NCBI GenBank assembly: GCA_015056085.1
Contig: SVHA01000006.1
Span: forward strand, 11,729 to 75,728
Reading direction: 5' to 3'
Source: Clostridiales bacterium
GTDB lineage: Bacteria; Bacillota; Clostridia; Christensenellales; Aristaeellaceae
DNA length: 64,000 bases
How positions within the stretch are numbered: position 1 is the stretch's first letter; the number at the start of each line of letters is the position of its first letter. The notes below the pieces were generated by a model, which was not told the origin of the DNA, did not search any database, and was given only the letters and a program-made list of their open reading frames with translations. This document shows, one piece after another, positions 7,241-14,754 of the stretch. The position numbers and the translations under genes are program-made.

Positions 7241-9169
7241 TCAAAGCCCTTCCCGGGTATAGTTCAGCAGTCCGCCGCAGAGGATGCAGCCCCGCTGGCG
7301 GTCGGTGAGGGGCATCAGGACGGTGTAATCCTCCTGGCGGGTGAGGTTGCGCAGGATGAACGCTTCGCTGCCGCATTCCACCAGCGGGCGCAGGGCGGGC
7401 AGAATCAGTTCATCACCGGGGGCGATGCGGTCGTAATCCGCCTCATCGGCAAAGGTCAGGGGCAGAATGCCGTTGTTGATGAGATTCGCCTGATGAATCC
7501 GGGCGAAACTCTTGGCGACCACCGCCCGCACGCCCAGATACAGCGGCACCAGGGCGGCGTGTTCCCGGCTGGAGCCCTGACCATAATTGGCGCCGGCCAC
7601 CAGAATGCCGCCGCCGGCTGCCTTCGCCCGGGCAGGGAAGGTGGCGTCCACCGGTGTGAGACAGAAATCGGCAAGGTAGGGCACGTTTGAGCGGAAGGGC
7701 AGGAGCTTGGCGTCGGAGGGCGCAATGTGGTCGGTGGTGATGTTGTCCTCCATTTTCAGCAGCACCTGGCCGGAAACATCATCCGGAAGCGTCCTGCCCA
7801 TGGGGAAGGGCTTGATGTTGGGGCCCCGCACCACATCCACCGTATTTTCCTGACCGGCGGCGACAGGGGGAATCACCAGATTGTCGTTGATTTCAAAGGT
7901 TTCCGGCTGGGGGATGTCCAGATCGATGTTCAGGCTGCGGGGATCCGTCAGCACGCCGGTGAGGGCGGTGATGGCGGCGGTTTCGCAGGAAACCAGATAG
8001 ATGCCGGCGCTGCGGGTGCCGCTGCGGCCGTAGAAATTGCGGTTGTTGGTGCGCACGGACACGGCGCCGGACTTGGGCGACTGCCCCATGCCGATGCAGG
8101 GTCCGCAGGCGGATTCCAGAATGCGGGCGCCGGCGCCCAGCATATCCGCCAGGGCACCGTTGCGGGCCAGCATGGTCAGCACCTGCTTGGAGCCGGGGCC
8201 AATCACCAGACTCACATCCGGGTGAACGGTCTTGCCCTTCAAAATCCGGGCGACACGCATCATGTCCGTGTAGGAGGAATTGGTGCAGGAGCCGATGAAC
8301 ACCTGATCTACCTTGATGGGCCCGCATTCTTCCACGGTGACCACCTCATCAGGCATATGCGGGCGGGCCACCAGCGGCACGAGGGCGGAAAGATCAATGT
8401 GGATGACTTCGTCGTAGACGGCGTCTGCATCGGCGCACAGGGGGGTGAAATCCCTCTCCCGCTGCTGGGCACGGAGGAAATCCCGGGTGATTTCATCCGC
8501 CGGGAAAATGGAAGTGGTGGCGCCCAGCTCGGCGCCCATATTGGCGATGGTGGCTCTTTCGGGCACGGACAGGGTCTTGACGCCCTCGCCGATGTATTCC
8601 ATCACCTTGCCCATGCCGCCCTTCACCGTCAGGCGGCGCAGCACTTCCAGAATGACGTCCTTGGCGGCCACGCCGTAGGGCAGGCGGCCGGTCAGCTCCA
8701 CACCCACCACCTTGGGGCAGGAGAGGTAATACGCTCCGCCGCCCATGGCCACGGCCACGTCCAGTCCGCCGGCGCCGATGGCCAGCATACCCAGACCGCC
8801 GCAGGTGGGCGTGTGGCTGTCAGAGCCCAGCAGGGTCATGCCGGGCACGCCGAAGCGCTCCAGATGCACCTGATGGCAGATGCCGTTGCCGGGCTTGGAG
8901 CAATAGATGCCATGCTTTTTCGCCACCGACTGAATAAACTGATGGTCGTCGGCGTTTTCAAAGCCGGTTTGCAGGGTGTTGTGGTCAATGTATGCTACGG
9001 ATTTCTTCGTCCGCACCCGGTCAATGCCCATGGCTTCAAACTGCAGATAAGCCATGGTGCCGGTGGAATCCTGGGTGAGGGTCTGATCAATGCGGATGGA
9101 AATCTCCGTGCCGGGCGTCAATTCGCCGGACAGAAGATGGTCGGACAGGATTTTCTGTGTCAGGTTCAT
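7241..9169 (-). CDS. Aconitate hydratase (short ~640-aa clostridial/Aquifex-type aconitase)
   Basis: Fe-S ligand motifs GSDSHTPTCGG, IGSCTNSS and CGPCIGMG. Start chosen at ATG 9169 (MNLTQKIL), with AAGGAG 7 nt upstream, rather than ORF-track 9217. Confidence 0.9.
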   Translation of the reverse strand: MNLTQKILSDHLLSGELTPGTEISIRIDQTLTQDSTGTMAYLQFEAMGIDRVRTKKSVAYIDHNTLQTGFENADDHQFIQSVAKKHGIYCSKPGNGICHQVHLERFGVPGMTLLGSDSHTPTCGGLGMLAIGAGGLDVAVAMGGGAYYLSCPKVVGVELTGRLPYGVAAKDVILEVLRRLTVKGGMGKVMEYIGEGVKTLSVPERATIANMGAELGATTSIFPADEITRDFLRAQQRERDFTPLCADADAVYDEVIHIDLSALVPLVARPHMPDEVVTVEECGPIKVDQVFIGSCTNSSYTDMMRVARILKGKTVHPDVSLVIGPGSKQVLTMLARNGALADMLGAGARILESACGPCIGMGQSPKSGAVSVRTNNRNFYGRSGTRSAGIYLVSCETAAITALTGVLTDPRSLNIDLDIPQPETFEINDNLVIPPVAAGQENTVDVVRGPNIKPFPMGRTLPDDVSGQVLLKMEDNITTDHIAPSDAKLLPFRSNVPYLADFCLTPVDATFPARAKAAGGGILVAGANYGQGSSREHAALVPLYLGVRAVVAKSFARIHQANLINNGILPLTFADEADYDRIAPGDELILPALRPLVECGSEAFILRNLTRQEDYTVLMPLTDRQRGCILCGGLLNYTREGL

Positions 9170-9188
9170 CAGCGGTCTCCTTCGGAAA

Positions 9189-9258
9189 ATTGTATACAGG
9201 ATGCAATTATTGGTCAACTCACAGCATCATCATACAGCCCCGGAGGAAAGCGCGTCAA
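9189..9258 (-). promoter_or_regulatory. Two candidate tandem sigma-A promoters for the aconitase gene
   Basis: On the minus strand: TTGACG-18-TATGAT (9258-9229) and TTGACC-17-TACAAT (9217-9189). The palindrome gtcaactgtttttgac overlaps the upstream -35. Confidence 0.35.
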
Positions 9259-9386
9259 CTGTTTTTGACGGAAAGAACAAAGGAAAAGCAGCAAGGGAGA
9301 AAAGTTCGCTTCCTTTCGGCCTCTCCCTTGATGCATCAAGTTTTTTGCTATGGTGAGGATTTGCCCGCAACTTGTTCCCTGCGGCC

Positions 9387-9421
9387 CCAAAAGAAAAATC
9401 CAAGCCGCATGACTTGGATTT
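9387..9421 (-). terminator. Intrinsic terminator after the Rrf2 regulator gene
   Basis: The minus strand reads aaatccaag-tcatgcgg-cttggattt followed by ttcttttgg, 12 nt after stop 9433. Confidence 0.7.
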
Positions 9422-9432
9422 ACACTTACAAC

Positions 9433-9876
9433 TCACTTCTCCGGGCAAGCGCCGGGGTCTTCCGCATCGCCGGCACGGTCGATCACGTCCTGCAGGGTGA
9501 TGCCGGAGAGATATTCCCGCACCACGGCGTCCAGGCCTTCCCAGATGAACAGGGTCTGGCAGCCTTCCTTGCGGGGGCATTCATTGAGGGGGTTGTCCAG
9601 GCAGCTCACCGGCGCCATGGAGCCTTCCACAATCGTCAGAATCTGATAGATCGTCAGGTCGGCGGGGTTCACCAGCAGGCGGTATCCGCCCTGATGGCCG
9701 CGGCTGCCGTGCATGATGTCAAAGCGGTTGAGGGCCAGGGCGATCTGCTCTAAGTATTTCTGGGAAAGGTTCTGTCTTTCTGCAATGTCTTTGAGTGACA
9801 CGGGGCCTCCGTCCTGGTGACGCACCATATCCATCAGCATCCGCAATGCATATCGGCCTCTGGTGGAAATCTTCAT
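9433..9876 (-). CDS. Rrf2 family transcriptional regulator (IscR/CymR-like, Cys-ligand type)
   Basis: MKISTRGRYALRMLMDM is a winged-helix N-terminus. The Cys triad VSCLDNPLNECPRKEGC is present. Start ATG 9876 has GGAGG upstream. Confidence 0.9.
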   Translation of the reverse strand: MKISTRGRYALRMLMDMVRHQDGGPVSLKDIAERQNLSQKYLEQIALALNRFDIMHGSRGHQGGYRLLVNPADLTIYQILTIVEGSMAPVSCLDNPLNECPRKEGCQTLFIWEGLDAVVREYLSGITLQDVIDRAGDAEDPGACPEK

Positions 9877-9898
9877 TGACAAAACCTCCGTCATTCGA

Positions 9899-9929
9899 TA
9901 GTATATAGGTAGTATATTGGTAGTATATC
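9899..9929. promoter_or_regulatory. Triple 11-bp direct repeat (TAGTATAT) in the divergent Rrf2/ttcA control region
   Basis: tagtatata (9899), tagtatatt (9910) and tagtatatc (9921) have an exact 11-bp period. They lie in the 84-bp gap between divergent starts 9876 and 9961. Each contains a TATA(T/A)-like -10 element. Confidence 0.5.
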
Positions 9930-9960
9930 ATATCATCTCGAATTTATCAAGGAGGTTTCC

Positions 9961-10821
9961 ATGGCCCGTGAATTATCCCGCTGCGAGAGCATCGAGCGCA
10001 GTCTGATCAAGAAGTTCCGAAAGGAACTGTGGCGGCCCTTTATCGCCGCCGTGCGCCGGTATGAGATGGTGCAGGCGGGGGATAAGATCGCCGTGTGCAT
10101 CTCCGGCGGCAAGGATTCGATGCTTCTGGCGAAACTCATGCAGGAACTTCAGCGCCACAGCGACGTTCCTTTCGAACTGGAATTTCTCGTGATGGATCCC
10201 GGCTATCATCCCGTCAACCGCGCCCGGCTGGAGAATAACGCCGAAATTCTGGAACTGCCGGTGAAGATTTTTCATTCTGATGTGTTCGAAGTGGCGGAAA
10301 AGGCCTATCGCAACCCCTGCTATCTGTGCGCCCGGATGCGCCGGGGCTTTCTGTATGACAGGGCGCAGGAACTGGGCTGCAACAAAATCGCCCTGGGGCA
10401 CCATTTCAACGACGTCATCGAAACCACTGTCATGGGGATGTTCTACGGCGCCCAACTACAGGGCATGATGCCCAAACTCCACAGCCGCAATTTCCCCGGC
10501 ATGGAACTGATCCGCCCGATGTATCTCATTCATGAGGACGACATCCTCCACTGGTGCCGCTACAATGACCTGTCCTTCCTGCAGTGCGCCTGCCGGTTCA
10601 CTGAAAAGCGGGATGAAAGCATGGACGGCGTGGGGGAATCCAAGCGCCAGGAGATCAAACTCCTTCTCCGCACGCTGAAAAAGGACAATCCCGACATCGA
10701 AAAGAGCATTTTCCGGGCCATTCATGCCGTCAGCGTGGATACCATGCCCGGCGTCAAGTGGCACGGCGAGGCCCACTCCTTCCTGGAATACTACGATCGC
10801 CTCGCGCCGGACGGGGAGTGA
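9961..10821 (+). CDS. ttcA: PP-loop ATPase, tRNA 2-thiocytidine biosynthesis TtcA-like
   Basis: PP-loop SGGKDS and the Cys motifs CYLCARMRR and LQCACRF. AAGGAGG lies 6 nt before the ATG. Confidence 0.75.
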   Translation: MARELSRCESIERSLIKKFRKELWRPFIAAVRRYEMVQAGDKIAVCISGGKDSMLLAKLMQELQRHSDVPFELEFLVMDPGYHPVNRARLENNAEILELPVKIFHSDVFEVAEKAYRNPCYLCARMRRGFLYDRAQELGCNKIALGHHFNDVIETTVMGMFYGAQLQGMMPKLHSRNFPGMELIRPMYLIHEDDILHWCRYNDLSFLQCACRFTEKRDESMDGVGESKRQEIKLLLRTLKKDNPDIEKSIFRAIHAVSVDTMPGVKWHGEAHSFLEYYDRLAPDGE

Positions 10822-10937
10822 GCAGGGGGAGCCCCTGCCGGGATGCGGGGCAACGCACCCCTTGCCCGCTGACTGAGGGAGCCTGCAGTGACGGGAAATC
10901 TGTACAGCGGATTCTATCAGCAAATCGGAAAAAACGC

Positions 10938-10965
10938 TTGCGTTTTTGCTTTTCTGCGCTATAAT
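10938..10965 (+). promoter_or_regulatory. Candidate promoter for the YbjN-like gene pair
   Basis: TTGCGT (10938-10943), a 16-nt spacer, then TATAAT (10960-10965). Confidence 0.4.
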
Positions 10966-11021
10966 GAAACCATGTCAGCCCGGCCTTTGGGGCCTAAATA
11001 TATGAGCAGGGGGCAAAGAGT

Positions 11022-11438
11022 ATGTTCATAGCAACACAAGTCATTGCTGATTATCTGGATGCCGAAGACATCAAATATAGTGTAAATGAGTCCGAAAGGG
11101 CTTCTTCCGTGGGTGTGAGGTTTCAATGCGATAACCTGCCCTCCATCGGGGTGATCTTTTTCTCCAACAGCGATGACAACGACGTGTCTGCCCGCGCATT
11201 TAGTCTGGTTCATGTACCCGAGGACAAGGTGAGTTCCATGCCGGCAACCCTGAACGAGCTGAACAAGAGTTTCCGCTTTGCCAAATTTGTTCTGGACGAA
11301 GACAACGATGTGAACTTGGAGTTTGATATTCCCCTGAAAACCCCTAATGTGGGCGAAGTGGCTTACGAGATTCTGCAATACATGGTGCAGATCGGCGATC
11401 ATGCTTATCCCCTTTTGATGAAGGCTCTCCAGAGCTGA
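11022..11438 (+). CDS. YbjN-like (putative sensory transduction regulator / T3SS-chaperone-like fold) protein, paralog 1
   Basis: 138 aa. C-terminal FRFAKFVLDEDNDVNLEFDIPL...VGEVAYEIL pattern. Roughly 45% identical by eye to the next gene over the C-terminal 75 aa. AT-richer than the flanks. Confidence 0.55.
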   Translation: MFIATQVIADYLDAEDIKYSVNESERASSVGVRFQCDNLPSIGVIFFSNSDDNDVSARAFSLVHVPEDKVSSMPATLNELNKSFRFAKFVLDEDNDVNLEFDIPLKTPNVGEVAYEILQYMVQIGDHAYPLLMKALQS

Positions 11439-11496
11439 GATCCCCTCGGCGAGCCCATGCCAGAAGCACAAGCATTGATACAGGAGGCAGATGACG

Positions 11497-11916
11497 ATGG
11501 CATACAACGTAATCAATGAGATTGTCAAAGTATTCGACGCAGAAAACGTGAACTATCAGACCTATGATGAGGGCGGAATCTCCTGCGTGGCAGCCATTTG
11601 CGAGGGCAAGAACGCCCGTGAAATTGTTGTCCACTTTACGGTCACCAATGACGAAGAAGCCGTTTATGTCCTGAGCCTCGGCTTTGCAACCGTGCCGGAC
11701 GATAAGGTGCCTTCCGTGCTGGCGACCCTCTCCAAGTTGAACAATCAATACCGCTATGTTCGCTTCATTCTCGATGACAGCAACGACGTCGCTGTGAACT
11801 ATGATATTCCCCTGAGCACGGCCGATGTGGGCGAAGTGGCCTGCGAGTTGCTGTATCGCATGGCGCAGACAATTGATGCGGCGTATCCCGAACTGATGGA
11901 GGCCATCGAGGGCTGA
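11497..11916 (+). CDS. YbjN-like protein, paralog 2
   Basis: YRYVRFILDDSNDVAVNYDIPL...VGEVACELL. AGGAGG lies 9 nt before ATG 11497. An in-frame ATG at 11491 is only 3 nt from the RBS. Confidence 0.55.
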   Translation: MAYNVINEIVKVFDAENVNYQTYDEGGISCVAAICEGKNAREIVVHFTVTNDEEAVYVLSLGFATVPDDKVPSVLATLSKLNNQYRYVRFILDDSNDVAVNYDIPLSTADVGEVACELLYRMAQTIDAAYPELMEAIEG

Positions 11917-11997
11917 AACAAGAAAAGCCCTCTGGTTGTTGAGGACAAAATCGCCAAACAGGTATCGGATTACATACGGTACAGACTTTTTCCAATG

Positions 11998-12080
11998 CCC
12001 GCAGGCTCCCCACCGCCTTGCGCTGGAGCCCCCTCCTGGAGGGGGCTTTTGTTTGTGCCATGCTAAGACTACTTGCATCC
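11998..12080 (-). repeat. Duplicated fragment of module D (direct repeat of 12404-12482)
   Basis: gcaggctccccaccgcc..ggagccccctcc.ggagggggcttttgtttgtgccatgctaagactacttgcatcc occurs twice about 405 bp apart. Confidence 0.85.
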
Positions 12081-12111
12081 TTGTTAGTTGACTTAGCCCC
12101 GGTAAAAAATT

Positions 12112-12458
12112 GAAGCACGCTTCGTACCCGCTCCTCTACAACAGTTCCGGCGTGCGGCGCTCCGTCGCCGCACACGGACTCCATCGGAGCGCCCCCGAAA
12201 CGGGCCGCCCCCGCGAGGCGTTTGAGGGTAACTCAACTCAATAACCCTCACAAGACCGGGGGAAAGGGGGGAGTCCAGAGGGGGTGTCTCCGGGTGGGAT
12301 GAATTGAGACACCCCCTCTGGCCCTCTTTGGTTCTTTCTCAGGCCTGAGAAAGAACACCCAACAAACAATATCCCTTGCAAGAGGTCATACCCGCTGCAG
12401 CGCAGGCTCCCCACCGCCTGACGGCGGAGCCCCCTCCAGGAGGGGGCTTTTGTTTGTG
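12112..12458 (-). repeat. Module D copy (reverse orientation)
   Basis: The invariant 47-nt hairpin is at 12275-12321. The perfect palindrome gttctttctcaggcctgagaaagaac follows it. Confidence 0.9.
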
Positions 12459-12479
12459 CCATGCTAAGACTACTTGCAT

Positions 12480-12600
12480 CCGAAGGTTTCCAAAGGAAAC
12501 GAACTGCCCAGTGGGCAGTCGCCGAAGGCGAGTTTCCGGAGCGAAGCGGAGGCGGACCGATCGGAAAGCCCTTTGGTCGCCCGTGAGGGCGAAACCTCAC
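12480..12600 (-). repeat. Module B1-long
   Basis: The plus strand reads ccgaaggtttccaaaggaaacgaactgcccagtgggcag...ggaccgatcggaaagccctttggtcgcccgtgagggcgaaacctcac. Confidence 0.85.
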
Positions 12601-12629
12601 CTTGCATAAAAACATAGCCTGAAAGAAAA

Positions 12630-12671
12630 AACCACACATAAACAATCCCCCAAGCCCGTCAGGGCTTGGGG
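12630..12671 (-). terminator. Terminator-like hairpin closing module A downstream of the AI-2E gene
   Basis: The minus strand reads ccccaagccc-tgac-gggcttgggg followed by gattgtttatgtgtg. Confidence 0.5.
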
Positions 12672-12762
12672 TGATGGGTCAAGGGTCGAAGACCCTTGCG
12701 GGGGTGTCGGGGGCAGGGCCCCCGACCGGAGTGCAGAGGCAGAGCCTCTGCCAACGCCCCTC
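12644..12762 (-). repeat. Module A abutting the AI-2E transporter stop codon (12763)
   Basis: In gene sense: gcagaggc-tct-gcctctgc and tcgggggc-cct-gcccccga. The constant hairpin here reads caagggtc-ttc-gacccttg, a compensated C:G to T:A change. Confidence 0.9.
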
Positions 12763-13791
12763 CTACCCTCTCCAGCCATGAATGGCGCCCCGGACGGACA
12801 CCAGCAGGGGAATGGCCCCCACCATCCCCGGAATACCGGCGGCCATGCCGCCAGCCATCACCGCCAGCAGCACCACAATGGGGTGCAGATGCGTGGCGCC
12901 GGAAAGCAGCCGGGGCGAAAGCAGCAGGCTTTCCACCTGCTGCACGGCCACCAGCGCCGCCAGCGTCCACAGGGCGGGAGACAGCCCTGCCTGCAGCGCC
13001 AGCAGCACCGCAGGCACACCCACCAGCACCGGGCCCACATAGGGCACCAGTTCCATCACGCCCATCATCAGCCCCAAAAGCAGCCAGCCCGGCGTGCCGC
13101 ACAGCGCCAGCGCCCCGGCGGTCATCACCCCCACGGACAGGCTCAGCAGCAGCTGCCCCCGCACATACCCGGCGCTTTCCCGGCGCATTTCCCGGGCGGC
13201 CCGCACTGCCTGCATCCGATAGCGTACCGGCACTGCCATCAGCATCAGCGCGCTGATCTTCCGCCGGTCCCGAAGGAGATAATAGGACACAAGGGGCGCC
13301 AGAAGCACCTTGGTGGCGCCGCTGGCCATGCGGCGGATGGTCTCGGCGGCGGCGGACACCAGTTGGCCCAGATATCCGCTGACGGCGGAGAACGCCTTGC
13401 CCCTTAGATCGCTCAGGTCAAGGCCCCGCTCCGTCAGCCAGTGGGTGACGTCCGTCGCTCTTGCCTGTACCCAGGCGATCATCTCCGGCATGGCGCTGCT
13501 GATCTGCTCCGCCTGGCGCATCAGCGGGGGAATCACCCCCAGCAGCACCGTGAGCAGGATCAGCGCCAGCAAAAGCAAGGCGCCCAGCGCAGATATTTTG
13601 GGCGAAAACCGCTTTTCCAGCCATCGGGAGATGGGCAGGCAGGCCAGAAAAATCACCAGCGCCGCCGCCATCAGCCGGCACAGCGCCAGCACGATGTTCC
13701 ACGAAAAAATCAGCCCTGCGGCAAGGGCTGCAAATGCAATCAGCCGCCTGCGGCGCAGTGGCCAGGGACGAACCTCTCCCCCATGCGTCAC
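12763..13791 (-). CDS. AI-2E family transporter (PerM/YdiK-like permease)
   Basis: 342-aa polytopic protein with the family-typical LVPYVGPVLVGVPAVLLAL segment. GTG start has AAGGAGGG 6 nt upstream. Confidence 0.85.
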   Translation of the reverse strand: MTHGGEVRPWPLRRRRLIAFAALAAGLIFSWNIVLALCRLMAAALVIFLACLPISRWLEKRFSPKISALGALLLLALILLTVLLGVIPPLMRQAEQISSAMPEMIAWVQARATDVTHWLTERGLDLSDLRGKAFSAVSGYLGQLVSAAAETIRRMASGATKVLLAPLVSYYLLRDRRKISALMLMAVPVRYRMQAVRAAREMRRESAGYVRGQLLLSLSVGVMTAGALALCGTPGWLLLGLMMGVMELVPYVGPVLVGVPAVLLALQAGLSPALWTLAALVAVQQVESLLLSPRLLSGATHLHPIVVLLAVMAGGMAAGIPGMVGAIPLLVSVRGAIHGWRG

Positions 13792-13809
13792 AGGCGGCCC
13801 TCCTTTTGG

Positions 13810-13947
13810 TTACATGGTGCGCAGCCAGCGCTTCATCGCACAGGCGCCCCGGTGCACATCCCGGCGGATGCTCCGTCCCGCAGGGGTCATCATCATGCCC
13901 ATGCCCACGGCAAAGCCTACCATGGTGCCCATCATCAACTTGAACAT
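13810..13947 (-). CDS. Unannotated 45-aa hydrophobic mini-protein (below the ORF-track cutoff)
   Basis: Hand translation gives MFKLMMGTMVGFAVGMGMMMTPAGRSIRRDVHRGACAMKRWLRTM. GAAGGAGGTGAGGGA lies immediately before the ATG. The stop is 18 nt before the AI-2E start. Confidence 0.5.
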   Translation of the reverse strand: MFKLMMGTMVGFAVGMGMMMTPAGRSIRRDVHRGACAMKRWLRTM

Positions 13948-13960
13948 TCCCTCACCTCCT

Positions 13961-14443
13961 TCAGGGCTGATTTTCCAGTGCGTAGCCGCAGGGGATGATC
14001 ACTTGCCCCGAAAGGGGATCCACTGCCCAGCGGCGGGCCAGATACCGCCCGCCCAGCATCACTTCCCCCAGGGACAGGGCGACTTCCAGCGCCGTGACCT
14101 GCCCGGTGACGATGTGAATGCGGCTGTCGGTGATCCAGCCCAGCATCAGCCCGGCGGAATCCCGCACCCCGGCAGGGCAAAAGGCGGCCTGCCGCTTGCA
14201 TTTTGCGGTATAGCGCCGGGGCGGGCTGCGCAGCACCACGCAGATTTCCCCGGGCAGGGCCACATCTCCGGCGGGAATCCACCGAGCGGGCATCACGCCC
14301 CGGCGCAGCACCATGCCCTGCAGCCTGTCGGCGTCCGGCGTGAGCAGCACCTGCTCGATGTTTCCCAGGCGCCTGCCTTCATACACCGCCGGCAGCCCCA
14401 CAAGGCTGCGCAGGCTGATTTCCTCGGGGGTATCAAAGGTCAT
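13961..14443 (-). CDS. PRC-barrel domain protein (two PRC-like repeats, YlmC/YmxH-related)
   Basis: LVGLPAVYEGRRLGNIEQVLLTPDADRLQGMVL is PRC-barrel-like. Start taken at ATG 14443 (MTFDTPEE), overlapping the upstream mini-ORF by 11 nt. The ORF-track N-terminal extension is Pro/Arg/Cys-rich and unlikely to be coding. Confidence 0.6.
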   Translation of the reverse strand: MTFDTPEEISLRSLVGLPAVYEGRRLGNIEQVLLTPDADRLQGMVLRRGVMPARWIPAGDVALPGEICVVLRSPPRRYTAKCKRQAAFCPAGVRDSAGLMLGWITDSRIHIVTGQVTALEVALSLGEVMLGGRYLARRWAVDPLSGQVIIPCGYALENQP

Positions 14444-14597
14444 CGGCGTCCTGCACGGGCATGTCGTGCTCGTCCCAGGGCACGCCCGTCCAGGAGCCCA
14501 GCACGTCCGTGTCTGTCTTGCGCTGCTGCTCCTGCAGGATGGCGTCCACCAGTTTTTCGGGGCGGCGGGGTTTGCGGGGGACGGATTGATGCGCCAT
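14433..14597 (-). CDS. 54-aa hypothetical protein, first gene of the PRC-barrel/AI-2E operon
   Basis: MAHQSVPRKPRRPEKLVDAILQEQQRKTDTDVLGSWTGVPWDEHDMPVQDADDL. AAGGAGGG lies 7 nt before ATG 14597. ORF-track entry 14433-14984 is longer, but its N-terminal part is antisense to the CDF gene. Confidence 0.55.
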   Translation of the reverse strand: MAHQSVPRKPRRPEKLVDAILQEQQRKTDTDVLGSWTGVPWDEHDMPVQDADDL

Positions 14598-14754
14598 GGC
14601 AATTCCCTCCTTGCTGTGTTGGGTGATGAAGTTTCCGCTGCTATTGTGCCGCTGATGAAACAGGGCTATGAAGGAAATAAACGGGATTTTTGCAGGGGTT
14701 GCAATTTTTCCCAATCCGTCATAGAATGGAGGCAGGTCAAAGGAGGGTTTGCCT

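Larger units (their letters stand above)
11998..12762. repeat. Mosaic hairpin-repeat locus L3 (between the YbjN-like pair and the AI-2E transporter gene)
   Basis: Order is a duplicated D 5'-fragment(-), D(-), B1-long(-), A(-). Positions 12112-12600 are the reverse complement of L1 1543-2008. Confidence 0.9.
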
